This document shows positions 1 to 8,585 of a stretch of 64,000 nucleotides of DNA, one piece after another. The DNA is taken from the NCBI GenBank assembly GCA_965223415.1, contig OZ245002.1, positions 1,248,001 through 1,312,000 on the forward strand, read 5' to 3'. Every line of letters begins with the position of its first letter. Within the stretch, counting starts at the first letter, position 1. The position numbers and the translations under genes are program-made. The stretch comes from Myxococcota bacterium (GTDB lineage: Bacteria > Myxococcota_A > UBA9160 > UBA6930). The notes under the pieces were generated by a model. That model had not been told where the DNA came from. It searched no databases and was given only the letters and a program-made list of their open reading frames with translations.

Positions 1-137
1 AGCGGATTCAGTACCGAGAACTCCCCGGCAAAGAGCCGCGCCGCGTTCTCTCCCGGTCGAAGCGCGAGGAAGAGGTAGAGCGCGAGCCCGGAAAGCGACG
101 CTGTCACCCAAAGGTGCGCGAAGAGCCAGTGAATCAT
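1..137 (-). CDS. Partial hypothetical membrane protein, runs off the left window edge
   Basis: ATG at 137, 1 nt after the coupling-protein stop; reads MIHWLFAHLWVTASLSGLALYLFLALRPGENAARLF... with no stop before position 1. Confidence 0.55.
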   Translation of the reverse strand, partial: MIHWLFAHLWVTASLSGLALYLFLALRPGENAARLFAGEFSVLNP

Positions 138-138
138 G

Positions 139-2472
139 TCAGCTACTCCGTCGGAGGATTTCGTCGAGGATGTCCGGCTGCGTTGAGTGGCCTTCGCCGA
201 AGAGCCGCCGCCGGTCTTCGTCGGTCCAGCCCCGCCACGGGTAGAGCCGCATGTCGAGGCGTTCTTCAACAGGTACGTCGGGAGGCATCGGTACGTCGTG
301 CTCGTCGACCCAGTTGGCGTGGATGCGCGGAGCAAAGAGCAGCTCATCCCTGCGCACGAGGGCGACGAGGCCGTTGGTCGGGGAAGGCACGGGAATGCGA
401 AGCGGAAGCGACGGGTCAACTAGCGGCTCGGAGTGTCGGTTCGTGGTACCGCCATGGTTCCACGTCTCGGACCAATTCCATTGGTCCACGTAGTAGCCGC
501 CACCCGAGCTTCCACCTTCGTTCCACGAGAGGCCCTCCCGAACGTAGACCTGATTCCCGAACAGCCTGCTCACTTCCTGGGCGGTGTGTGCACAATCGAG
601 GCGGGTTACGAGATGCCAGCGGTGGAGGCCAAGGAACGCCTCCGCTTTGTCGCGAGAGCCGAAGGCCACAGCCAGCGCCGGGAAATCCTGAGCGGCGCTC
701 CAGACCGAGGTGTTGAGCTCTCGCCCTAGTGTCAGCAGGTCGTGGAGGGAGTCGAAGAACCCAGGGGGTGCCATCTGGAGCTCATCCACGAAAAAGAGAC
801 TCTTCGGGAAGTCGACGGTCGTTTCCGTGGTTGAAAGCCGCGCGTTCTTCGCGAACGTGAGCATCAATGAGGCGGCAATGTCCATGCTCCCCTTGGAGGC
901 GTCCATCGAGCGGCCGAGCACTACGGCGCGCTGCTTCGTCTCACGCCCTGCCCAGGCACGGAGCGAGAAACGGCGCCCAGCCTGGTAGTGCACCTCGGCT
1001 GCCTGGGCGTAGCTCTTCAAGCGGTCCAAATTGCTCGCGACCGTGGCACGCAAGTCGTTCCACCGATCTACTCGCGAGTTCTTGTTCTGCGTGAGCCAGT
1101 TGTCCACGAAGGCGCGACCGAACTCGGTAGCCACCAGCACCTTGTTGAAGCTCTGCTGTTCGGTGGCGCAGATGACATCCCGAAGCGAGAACTTGCCCCC
1201 CGAGAGCTCCATCACACCGAGGAGAACGGCCTTGGTTCCTTCGATTCCACCCCGCTCGAAGAAGTCCGCGTGGTGCTTCACGTCCTCTCCGGGAACCGTC
1301 TGACTGACGGCGATAGCGACAGCCTCAGCGTCCGCCTCCGAGAGAACATCGGAGGCGAGGTCCCACGAACTTGCTCGCGCGTCCAGGGGGAAGAGCGTGA
1401 CTATCTCATGGGCCGGAAGCAGAGAGTGGAGCCGAGCGTACGCACGCCTCTTAGGGTCGTAGAACATCGAGTACACACCCGGATGCGACGCGACACCCTT
1501 CGCGAGCGCCCACATCAACCTGGTCTTCCCACTGTCGGGCGCGCCGAGCAGGAGCCCGCCTCCCGCAATCAACGCACTCGGCGGCCAACGGAAACCCGCG
1601 ATGTTCACCCGCGGCTGCGGAGGCGCGTCACGAGGCTCCGAGGCCCAGTAGCCTGCGAGGTCCCGCCAGAGCGCGGGAATCGAAGTGAAGTAGGAACCCG
1701 CGATGTACCACGAGCATTCCTCGAGGTCGCACGGCATGCGGGCTTCCTGCCACTGGATGTGGGGGCACTCAGGAAGCCGTCCCTTGTCTCCCTCCGGAAA
1801 GAAGAGCGCGCGCCTTTCGAGAATCCACGAGTGGAACATCCAAACGGCGGAAACCACGAGCGGGAAGACGAGAAGCACCGGAGCGCCCGCTGCGCTCGAG
1901 AGCGCAGCGCCTGTAGCGGCGAGGGAAGCACCGCGAGGAAGGCGTCGGGGAAGACTGAACCAGACGACGATTCCACAGAGCGCCACAACGAGGGACTCGA
2001 AGATGAAGCTATGGACGCCGGTGGTCGCGTGCTCTTCGAACACCTCAAAGAGCAACGAAAGAGGGATGGAGAGAGCAAAGAGAGCCAGAAACGAAAAAGC
2101 CCCACGCACCACCCAGCGAGCGGAATCCTCCACCCAGTAGCGGTGATGGCGAGCGGTCCGGATTTCGTCCTGGAGCACATTGATTCGGCGCGTGAGGCGT
2201 GCGGGCTCGGCCGTCGGGTTCTCGAGCCAGGAGAGAAGCTCCGCTTCCGGCCGACGGTGCCACCGGAGAAGCTCCGAAGCGAGCGCTTCGATGATGGGCT
2301 TTGCTTCCGCCGCGTCGACGAAGAAGCCCGAGAGCTTCGCATCCTGGAGCGCCGCGTACGGCTCAAGGGGAATCCCGGTCTGCTCCGGGGAGTCCTTCAT
2401 GCGGACACCCACGCGCCCTTCCCAAGGGCGCTTGTAGATCCGCATTCCAGCGGCATCGAAGACCTCGCTCAT
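139..2472 (-). CDS. Type IV coupling protein-like ATPase (TrwB/TraD/VirD4 family) with N-terminal membrane segments
   Basis: Walker A GAPDSGKT, YDPK motif, WD motif, Walker B FFVDELQ, AAQD; several hydrophobic segments in the N-terminal third; ATGA overlap with the relaxase gene. Confidence 0.85.
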   Translation of the reverse strand: MSEVFDAAGMRIYKRPWEGRVGVRMKDSPEQTGIPLEPYAALQDAKLSGFFVDAAEAKPIIEALASELLRWHRRPEAELLSWLENPTAEPARLTRRINVLQDEIRTARHHRYWVEDSARWVVRGAFSFLALFALSIPLSLLFEVFEEHATTGVHSFIFESLVVALCGIVVWFSLPRRLPRGASLAATGAALSSAAGAPVLLVFPLVVSAVWMFHSWILERRALFFPEGDKGRLPECPHIQWQEARMPCDLEECSWYIAGSYFTSIPALWRDLAGYWASEPRDAPPQPRVNIAGFRWPPSALIAGGGLLLGAPDSGKTRLMWALAKGVASHPGVYSMFYDPKRRAYARLHSLLPAHEIVTLFPLDARASSWDLASDVLSEADAEAVAIAVSQTVPGEDVKHHADFFERGGIEGTKAVLLGVMELSGGKFSLRDVICATEQQSFNKVLVATEFGRAFVDNWLTQNKNSRVDRWNDLRATVASNLDRLKSYAQAAEVHYQAGRRFSLRAWAGRETKQRAVVLGRSMDASKGSMDIAASLMLTFAKNARLSTTETTVDFPKSLFFVDELQMAPPGFFDSLHDLLTLGRELNTSVWSAAQDFPALAVAFGSRDKAEAFLGLHRWHLVTRLDCAHTAQEVSRLFGNQVYVREGLSWNEGGSSGGGYYVDQWNWSETWNHGGTTNRHSEPLVDPSLPLRIPVPSPTNGLVALVRRDELLFAPRIHANWVDEHDVPMPPDVPVEERLDMRLYPWRGWTDEDRRRLFGEGHSTQPDILDEILRRSS

Positions 2473-4484
2473 CGGTTCTTCTCCAGGTCGAGCGCGTCTC
2501 GCTTCGGAAGGAGTGAGGGTCCCGGGGTCTTCTTCTCGCGCTCGGGTGTTCGCTCTAGCGACTCAAGGCGAACGGTTCTCTCGTCTCGGGCAAGGCCCGA
2601 AAACACGCTCTCGCGAAGCCTCGAGTCACCAAAGAGAAAAACCGATGCACCTCGCTCCGCCGCTTCTCGAAGGGTTGGAGCGAGGGTCTCCGGAAAGCAC
2701 CGCTCAGCTCCGGAGACGAGCACCGCTACGCCCTGAAGGGGCCGCCTTGCAGAGCGCGATAGGTCGAGCGGCGCTCGGTCACGCTGCCAAGCGTTGAATC
2801 GCGCCTTTCGTGCGGTCATGCCCGGAAGACCCAGAAGGGCACCGATGCGGTCCTGGATGGCGTCGGTCCGCGGAGTGACGAAGGGAGCACCCTTCGGATG
2901 GAGCCAACTGGGCCGGGCTCGGTTCCACTCGAGCGCGGCCTTGGCGGCCGTCACCACCGGGACCTTGAGCTCACGGCGTAGCCGGTCGCGCTCCTTTCGC
3001 GTGGCGGTGATGACCACCACCTTGTTGCCCGAACGCTCGAGCGTCTCCTTTGCGGCCCGAAGCACCTGGTCACGCTCCTTGGAGGCCGGAGCATCGAGCG
3101 CCGCGAATCCCTTCTCTTCACGAAAGAGGCCAAGGACGGCTCGAGAAACCGCGGGGTCTTTGACGCCGCGAAGACCCCGCTCGAGCGCGCGGCAGTGAAC
3201 AGGCTTTGCGTTCCGCTCGCGAAGCGCTTCGACGAATCGGGGAATCTCAAGCCGGGCCTTCTCGCGCTTCTTCCGGTCGAAGTAGAGCGTGGTTCCCTTG
3301 GGGGTCTCGGCGATGTATCGGCCCGAGGCGAGGAGCTGTCGGGTCCCGTAGAGAACCGCATCAGCGCCGAGCCGTGCAGGCGAACGCTTGGCCATCGTCT
3401 CGACGACGTCGCGCTCGGAAACGGGTGCCGAGCGCTTTGAAAGCTCGTCGACGGTTTCCGTCCTCGCGCGCTCGAGTCTCGAGGAGAGGGGCTCCACGTC
3501 ACGGCCCTTTTCCATCGCCTGCTCGCGGAGCTTCTCAATCGAGTGGCCGAGATCCCGTACCTGGTCCTGCCACTTCTCGATGGCGTCACCGAGGGTGAGG
3601 CCCTTGGTCACGTCTTTCGGGGGTCGGTCGACCGACTGGGCGATGAACCGCTTTTCTGCGTAGCTCGTCTGGCCGCGCACTTCCGCGATTCGGTTCACAT
3701 CCCGGCTTCGAGTCGAGAATTCATCCCGAATCTTGTCAAAGGCCGGGTTGCGCCAGCGGCCATCGTCAGAGCGAACAACCTCAAAGCCGAGCCGCTCCGC
3801 CAAGGCTGCGCACTCGGCAGAAAAGAGGGCTCGGGCGGCCGCGTGGTTTCGGTACATCTCGACAGCGTGAAGCGAGCCCGTGGAGCCATCTGGTCGAACA
3901 ACGCTACCCATCGCCAGGAAGTGGAGTCCGATGAGCGGGTCTCCGGCGCGGGAAAAGACGTCGAACGTGGCGGCGAAGGCGACCGAAGCGGGAACGACCC
4001 GCATCTCGCCGTCAATCTGTTGGCGGCTCTGGGCGAACTGCCCGAGGTACCCCGCGAACTTGCGACCGGCCGCCCAGACCCCTTCAACGAGCTCGGGAGC
4101 CTTCTCTGGAGCAACCACGAGAATGGCCGAAAGGTCCTTTTCGGTATCGGCGTGGAAGTCGTGCGCGCTCTGGCGCCATCCGCGACCGTCAGAGACCTTC
4201 CCAGCGTTTTGCGCTAGCGGCGTGGTCCCGTCTCGCGGGTCGAATCCGTCTAGCCAACGGCCGAGCTCCAGGTGGCGGACCCCCTGGCCATGGAGCCCGT
4301 AGACCTTCGAAGCCTCCCCGAACCAGCCCGTCGTCAGTGGTTCGGTCCGCTCGAGAAGGGGAACTTCTTCCTTCTCGACGTCGGGGCCGAGCTGGTAGTC
4401 GACCTGCGGGTTTCGCTCCGGTTCTTCACCGAGCCAGTAGCTGGGGTTCTGCCGGCCGGAGGCGGAGATCTTCTGGGGCGGCAC
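2469..4484 (-). CDS. MOBF/TrwC-like relaxase with truncated, degenerate helicase domain
   Basis: TrwC-like order of motifs: SYW..DYQ, GWFGEASKVYGLHG, DGFDPRDG, SRAGDP..H, RPDG, LGFEV, FSTRS, RPPK; C-terminal helicase-like remnants (GNKVVVIT, TAAK, LFGDSRL). Confidence 0.8.
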   Translation of the reverse strand: MPPQKISASGRQNPSYWLGEEPERNPQVDYQLGPDVEKEEVPLLERTEPLTTGWFGEASKVYGLHGQGVRHLELGRWLDGFDPRDGTTPLAQNAGKVSDGRGWRQSAHDFHADTEKDLSAILVVAPEKAPELVEGVWAAGRKFAGYLGQFAQSRQQIDGEMRVVPASVAFAATFDVFSRAGDPLIGLHFLAMGSVVRPDGSTGSLHAVEMYRNHAAARALFSAECAALAERLGFEVVRSDDGRWRNPAFDKIRDEFSTRSRDVNRIAEVRGQTSYAEKRFIAQSVDRPPKDVTKGLTLGDAIEKWQDQVRDLGHSIEKLREQAMEKGRDVEPLSSRLERARTETVDELSKRSAPVSERDVVETMAKRSPARLGADAVLYGTRQLLASGRYIAETPKGTTLYFDRKKREKARLEIPRFVEALRERNAKPVHCRALERGLRGVKDPAVSRAVLGLFREEKGFAALDAPASKERDQVLRAAKETLERSGNKVVVITATRKERDRLRRELKVPVVTAAKAALEWNRARPSWLHPKGAPFVTPRTDAIQDRIGALLGLPGMTARKARFNAWQRDRAPLDLSRSARRPLQGVAVLVSGAERCFPETLAPTLREAAERGASVFLFGDSRLRESVFSGLARDERTVRLESLERTPEREKKTPGPSLLPKRDALDLEKNR

Positions 4485-4864
4485 TACTTCCCCCGCCTCT
4501 TTCGACGAAGCGTCTCCATCACGAAGGGTTTCACCTTGGCCTTAGGCCAGGCAGGCGCAGGCTCAGTTGCAAGACGTTCCATCAAGGCCTCCGCGACGTC
4601 TGCCATCCCGGCCTGAAACCGTGCGAGGTCCCGGTCGCCCATCTCCACGACGCTGGAGAGACGTGCGAGCTCCTTCGCGACGGCTTCCAGAGCCTCGAGG
4701 ACGACCAGGGGAGCCTCAGGTCCGGAAGGACCACCTTCGAGGGCTTCAGCCAGAAGCCTCGTAGCAAGAGAAGCGCGAGTCGTACCGAGCCTCTCCGCCT
4801 CCGCGCGAAGAGCCTGGTCGAGCCCCTCCGGGACAGTGACCGAGAAGCGAACAGCGCCACTCAC
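4484..4864 (-). CDS. Ribbon-helix-helix (CopG/TrwA-like) relaxosome accessory protein
   Basis: GTG at 4864 with GGAG upstream; VRFSVTVPEGLDQALRAEAERLGTTRASLATRLLAEAL is an RHH pattern followed by a coiled coil; TAG/GTG overlap with the relaxase start. Confidence 0.7.
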   Translation of the reverse strand: MSGAVRFSVTVPEGLDQALRAEAERLGTTRASLATRLLAEALEGGPSGPEAPLVVLEALEAVAKELARLSSVVEMGDRDLARFQAGMADVAEALMERLATEPAPAWPKAKVKPFVMETLRRKRRGK

Positions 4865-5370
4865 CTCGAGCGCTCCAGAGCAGGTGCGCGGAAGCAGAGA
4901 CCAGGCGAACAAAGGACGCAAGAGGCCGACGAACCGGAGACCGAACAACAAACCGGATGCAGCTCGCGCTGCGAAAGGGAATCACTGCCGAAACGCCGCC
5001 TAGCGCCCGCCCGAAGGGGTCTATTGTTGAGGTGATTCAGGTGAGCATCCGGACATGAATCGCGAGGAATCACCTCATCGGGGTTTGAGTCCATGTGGCG
5101 ATGCTCGTCGTGGTGGTGCAGCACCAGGTCGTAGAGAAGCGCCACGGTGGCGAGCTCCGCGACGTTCGGCGCGCGGTGGGTTGGCGCTCGCGGGACCGGG
5201 TCGCCCGTAGACGTGGGCACAAGGACGCCTAGGCCAAGCACGGCGACCAAGGTGCGGAAGGTGAGCTTCGAGACGCGGGAGCCGACATCCACAGCTGTAG
5301 CCGCATCGTCTGCAGCACGAATGACCTCGCCTGCGCGACCGAACCGAAAGAGCTCTCGAAGGCGCTGCAC
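4861..5370 (-). CDS. Hypothetical protein with one hydrophobic segment, His-rich and Cys-rich tail
   Basis: 169-aa ORF overlapping its neighbours at both ends (TAGTG and GTGA). Confidence 0.45.
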   Translation of the reverse strand: MQRLRELFRFGRAGEVIRAADDAATAVDVGSRVSKLTFRTLVAVLGLGVLVPTSTGDPVPRAPTHRAPNVAELATVALLYDLVLHHHDEHRHMDSNPDEVIPRDSCPDAHLNHLNNRPLRAGARRRFGSDSLSQRELHPVCCSVSGSSASCVLCSPGLCFRAPALERSR

Positions 5371-5603
5371 TAGTGGTCCCCCCGCTCGCGGTGAAGCTCT
5401 TCAGCGATGAGGTCGGAGAGGATTCGTCCTGCATCTGAGAGATTCCGAGCGAGTTCGTTCCTTCCCTCTCGGGCAAGCTCAGCAGAAACGCGGTAGCTCG
5501 CGCTCCTTGCGGCACGGAGCCTCAGGAGGCGCACCCTCTCACGAGGCAGTGCTTCCGCGAGCGAGGTCTTCGGAGGCGAGTAGCGGCGATAGCGGTGGGT
5601 CAT
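5370..5603 (-). CDS. Small hypothetical protein
   Basis: 77-aa ORF, ATGA overlap upstream and TAGTG overlap downstream. Confidence 0.55.
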   Translation of the reverse strand: MTHRYRRYSPPKTSLAEALPRERVRLLRLRAARSASYRVSAELAREGRNELARNLSDAGRILSDLIAEELHRERGDH

Positions 5604-5824
5604 GACAGGGAATCCGGCCCGCCGGGGACCTCATGCTGGGGCTCGACGAGACCTCCACGAAAGCGCTTGGTGCGGCTGGGAACGAGAGACTGCGGGCTAG
5701 CGACCACCCGCTGGAGATTCATGAGCTCGTGCGGGGTCTCGTGGAGGTTCACTTCGAGGGTCGCGACGCGCGCTAGCAGCATCCCGGCGAGTTCCCCTTC
5801 CAGGTCGTCGTCTTGGGCGGTCAC
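5600..5824 (-). CDS. Small hypothetical protein
   Basis: GTG at 5824 forms a GTGA overlap with the upstream stop (alternative ATG at 5839); ATGA overlap downstream. Confidence 0.5.
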   Translation of the reverse strand: MTAQDDDLEGELAGMLLARVATLEVNLHETPHELMNLQRVVASPQSLVPSRTKRFRGGLVEPQHEVPGGPDSLS

Positions 5825-6165
5825 TCCGGTAGTTCCCATCTTTCGGGGTCGTCGGTTCCAGCGAGCAAACCGCGGCTCGCCGTCTCGAGACCCTCGGCCG
5901 TCTCGATTCGGAACTGCAGGTCACACACTCGATGAAGCAGCGCATTCGACTGGCGATACACCTCGTCGAGCTCGTGGCTCCAGTACTGCACTGCAGACGG
6001 AGCCAGAGGAGAGAGCTTCTCGAGGGTTTCGACGCTGCGGCGCAAGAGCAGACGGGTCGTGCGAAGTGTGTCTCGGGTGAGGTCAGACCTCACGCGGACG
6101 TCATTGAGCGGGTCCGGCAGTGGGAGCCGAAGGAGTTGGCGCTTGTCGGTGCGTGACTTGGGCAT
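5821..6165 (-). CDS. Hypothetical helical/coiled-coil protein
   Basis: 114-aa ORF with strong GAGGAG RBS 7 nt upstream of the ATG. Confidence 0.65.
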   Translation of the reverse strand: MPKSRTDKRQLLRLPLPDPLNDVRVRSDLTRDTLRTTRLLLRRSVETLEKLSPLAPSAVQYWSHELDEVYRQSNALLHRVCDLQFRIETAEGLETASRGLLAGTDDPERWELPE

Positions 6166-6192
6166 GGGTAGTCTCCTCGTGTCTGGGATGGG

Positions 6193-6441
6193 TCACTTCT
6201 TCGCGACGACGCTTACGAGCGCGCGGAGACGCCGTTCAAGGTCGTCGAATCGAGCATCAATGAGCGCGGCCAGCTCGCTGTTCGTGGGGTGATCGTCGAG
6301 CACGGCAGCAGCGCCGATCTCGAGCACCTGGCGAGCAGCAACAGCCACGGGCTTGTCTTCGTGGATGGCGACCTTCTCGATCACCTGAAGGGTTCGGGCG
6401 TCGACGCGGAGCGACAGCTGGACGCGACGGACGCGGCTCAT
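6193..6441 (-). CDS. Ribbon-helix-helix DNA-binding protein
   Basis: MSRVRRVQLSLRVDARTLQVIEKVAIHEDKPVAVAARQVLEIG is a beta-alpha-alpha RHH pattern; first gene of the mob operon. Confidence 0.65.
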   Translation of the reverse strand: MSRVRRVQLSLRVDARTLQVIEKVAIHEDKPVAVAARQVLEIGAAAVLDDHPTNSELAALIDARFDDLERRLRALVSVVAKK

Positions 6442-6679
6442 CGAGCACCCCGCGGGCGGTCGACGGCACAGCAGACGTCCGGAAGCACGGGGTCGAACTC
6501 GCCGGAATCGAGCGACCAAGGCGGACCGACGGGGCCGTGGATAGTTGAACCGGACGGTCTAGTACTCGGGGGCTTGGGCAAGTCGAACACCGACGCCGGC
6601 ATGGGTAGCCGGGCATCCTTGTGCTCGCCTCCGAAGTGCCCAAGCGCCGCGCTCGGTTTCCGGTCTGGCGGCCGAGCAG

Positions 6680-6703
6680 AAAAAATGCCTCAAGCGCGGA
6701 GGC
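6680..6703 (-). terminator. Putative intrinsic terminator after the 444-aa ORF
   Basis: Minus strand GCCTC-cgcgctt-GAGGC followed by ATTTTTT; the stem is only 5 bp. Confidence 0.35.
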
Positions 6704-6726
6704 TCGTCAAGCGGCGCCGCCGAAGC

Positions 6727-8061
6727 CTATGTGACGCCCGCTTGCCAGGCCCTGATGTGCTCGAGGATTCGGGCTGCAGTCTTGTCGAATGGAGGGTGAA
6801 ACACCCGAGGGTTGTGGCGGGACACGAGCCAGGTCACCCGGCTGGCACTGTAGGCGGGAGCGTAGTTCCAAGGTTCCTGAATCAACCACTGCTTGGGCAG
6901 CAGCTCAGGATCGGGGCTGGTCCAAACGTTGACGCCCAGCTCCTTTCGAAGTCGCTTTCGAGAGCCGACCGACCGAATCGAAATCACGACATCCAGACCG
7001 TCGGGGAGGTCCTTCTCGAGCAGCGAGAGAATTCCACCTGCGTAGTCGATGGGGCGGGCGTTCGAATAGCTGACTGCGTGCTGGTCGCGGACGACGTCAG
7101 GGTAGTTGTGGGGCGCGGGCCCGGTTCCTGTCAGGCGAGTGACCGGAAGCCCGCCGAGAGGAAGGTCGCGGACGACACCAGACGTCCTCAGAGCTTCGTT
7201 GAGTCCAGGCACGGGGTGTTTTGTGAAGTTTCGCAGCTTCCAGAAGCCAGTCAGCCAGGACGCACGCGCGAGGATCGAGCCGCGGTGCTCGTTGTTCCCA
7301 GAAAGAACGCCCGCGACCTGCAGCGAGTGGTCTTCCCTTTCAACCATGAATCGAACTCGCTGGACCGCTGTCGTTTCGGCTACATGCGTTCCGAAGAAGC
7401 AGCGGCTCCGCGAGTTGTACATCACCGTCATTTGATCCGCGGGATTCGCGCTGAGGCGGTGCGCGGGAGGGCCTACCGGCCAGGGTCGTTCGAGCGCGGG
7501 AACCGGCTGTTCGATATCGAGCCTAATTCTTGGCTGCTTGAACGCACTTGCGGACATGTCAACGTCGGCGTGGAACGTGGCGAACGGGTACTGGCCAACC
7601 AAGAGAACCCTAGGCCGCGTCACGTCAGCGACTTGTACGAGCACGCCAGAATATTCGAGGCAAGCGGGCGGCTTGAAAAAGGCATTGCGAGCTAGTCGCA
7701 GCCCGCGCCAAGCGAGGCGCGCTACGAGTCGAGGTAGTGAGCCGCTGGTCTCAACGCCAGTCCTACCTCGGGCGACGATCACGGGGATATTTAGGCGTGT
7801 TTCGCCATCCAAGAGCTGCAATAGAAGCGTGTCGCGGAGCCCGACAGAAATGAGCTTGTGGGTGTACGAAAGCGTCCGAGTCTCACCCGGGACGAGCGAC
7901 TCAAGGTACGGGGTAGGAATCCTGAGGGGCTCGGGAATGTGAAATCGCAGATCAGTCAAGGGGGAAACCAGGGCTAGGGGTGAACTAGTGTCGTGTCCCA
8001 GAGGTCCTGTGCGAATCCTACTTGCGTGAGGCCGCCCCTCGCCGTCAAGAGGCGGACTCAA
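6727..8061 (-). CDS. Hypothetical protein (444 aa) with faint resemblance to Rep_trans initiators
   Basis: Long ORF in a visibly lower-GC segment, where chance ORFs of this length are less likely; no confident family motif. Confidence 0.55.
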   Translation of the reverse strand: MSPPLDGEGRPHASRIRTGPLGHDTSSPLALVSPLTDLRFHIPEPLRIPTPYLESLVPGETRTLSYTHKLISVGLRDTLLLQLLDGETRLNIPVIVARGRTGVETSGSLPRLVARLAWRGLRLARNAFFKPPACLEYSGVLVQVADVTRPRVLLVGQYPFATFHADVDMSASAFKQPRIRLDIEQPVPALERPWPVGPPAHRLSANPADQMTVMYNSRSRCFFGTHVAETTAVQRVRFMVEREDHSLQVAGVLSGNNEHRGSILARASWLTGFWKLRNFTKHPVPGLNEALRTSGVVRDLPLGGLPVTRLTGTGPAPHNYPDVVRDQHAVSYSNARPIDYAGGILSLLEKDLPDGLDVVISIRSVGSRKRLRKELGVNVWTSPDPELLPKQWLIQEPWNYAPAYSASRVTWLVSRHNPRVFHPPFDKTAARILEHIRAWQAGVT

Positions 8062-8408
8062 TAGGAAGCGAACGGCTGGGACACGACACTAGAACCTCTC
8101 CCCTAGCGGCGAAGAACCTTCTGGACCAGTAGGGTAGTTGCATCCGGATTGCCCTCCAAGTGGAGGTCTCCGGCCCGCAACGTCCCCTACTGGCGGTGCA
8201 CCGCGTCCTAGGTTCTCGCAGCGCAGAGCGCGCGAAGGCCCCTGTTCGACGGAGACCAATCAACAGCAAGCTGCTGACCCCAAACCAGGCTCAAGGGTCC
8301 GTGTACTACGGGAAACCCCTAAATGCCCGCGACCGCAAACCCGTCTGGGCGCTTCGACTCAAGAACGAGGAGCACAGCAGGACGGATGACCCTTGTTGCA
8401 CGTTCCGC

Positions 8409-8585
8409 GCGGTGGAGTCAAGTCGACGTAAACTGGACCGCGGCCTGGTGCGCACGCATCGGGTCATCGCGCACCGGCTCTCGGCCGTGCGGCACGCGAT
8501 TGGCTTCCTCGTGCTGGCTGACGAAGGCATCGCCGACGGGGGCACGCATGACCAACTCCTGCAGCCGAGGGCGCATGCGCACCTA
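8409..8585 (+). pseudogene. Remnant of the C-terminus of an ABC exporter ATP-binding domain
   Basis: RTHRVIAHRLSAVRHAIGFLVLADEGIADGGTHDQLL matches the VIAHRLSTVR...GTHDELL switch-His region; no Walker A or signature upstream. Confidence 0.6.

Noticed and set aside
6289..7695. 468-aa plus-strand ORF as the true gene of this segment
   Set aside because: It is antisense to both the RHH gene and the 444-aa ORF; the minus-strand ORF fits the operon direction and has a putative terminator, though this is not proven
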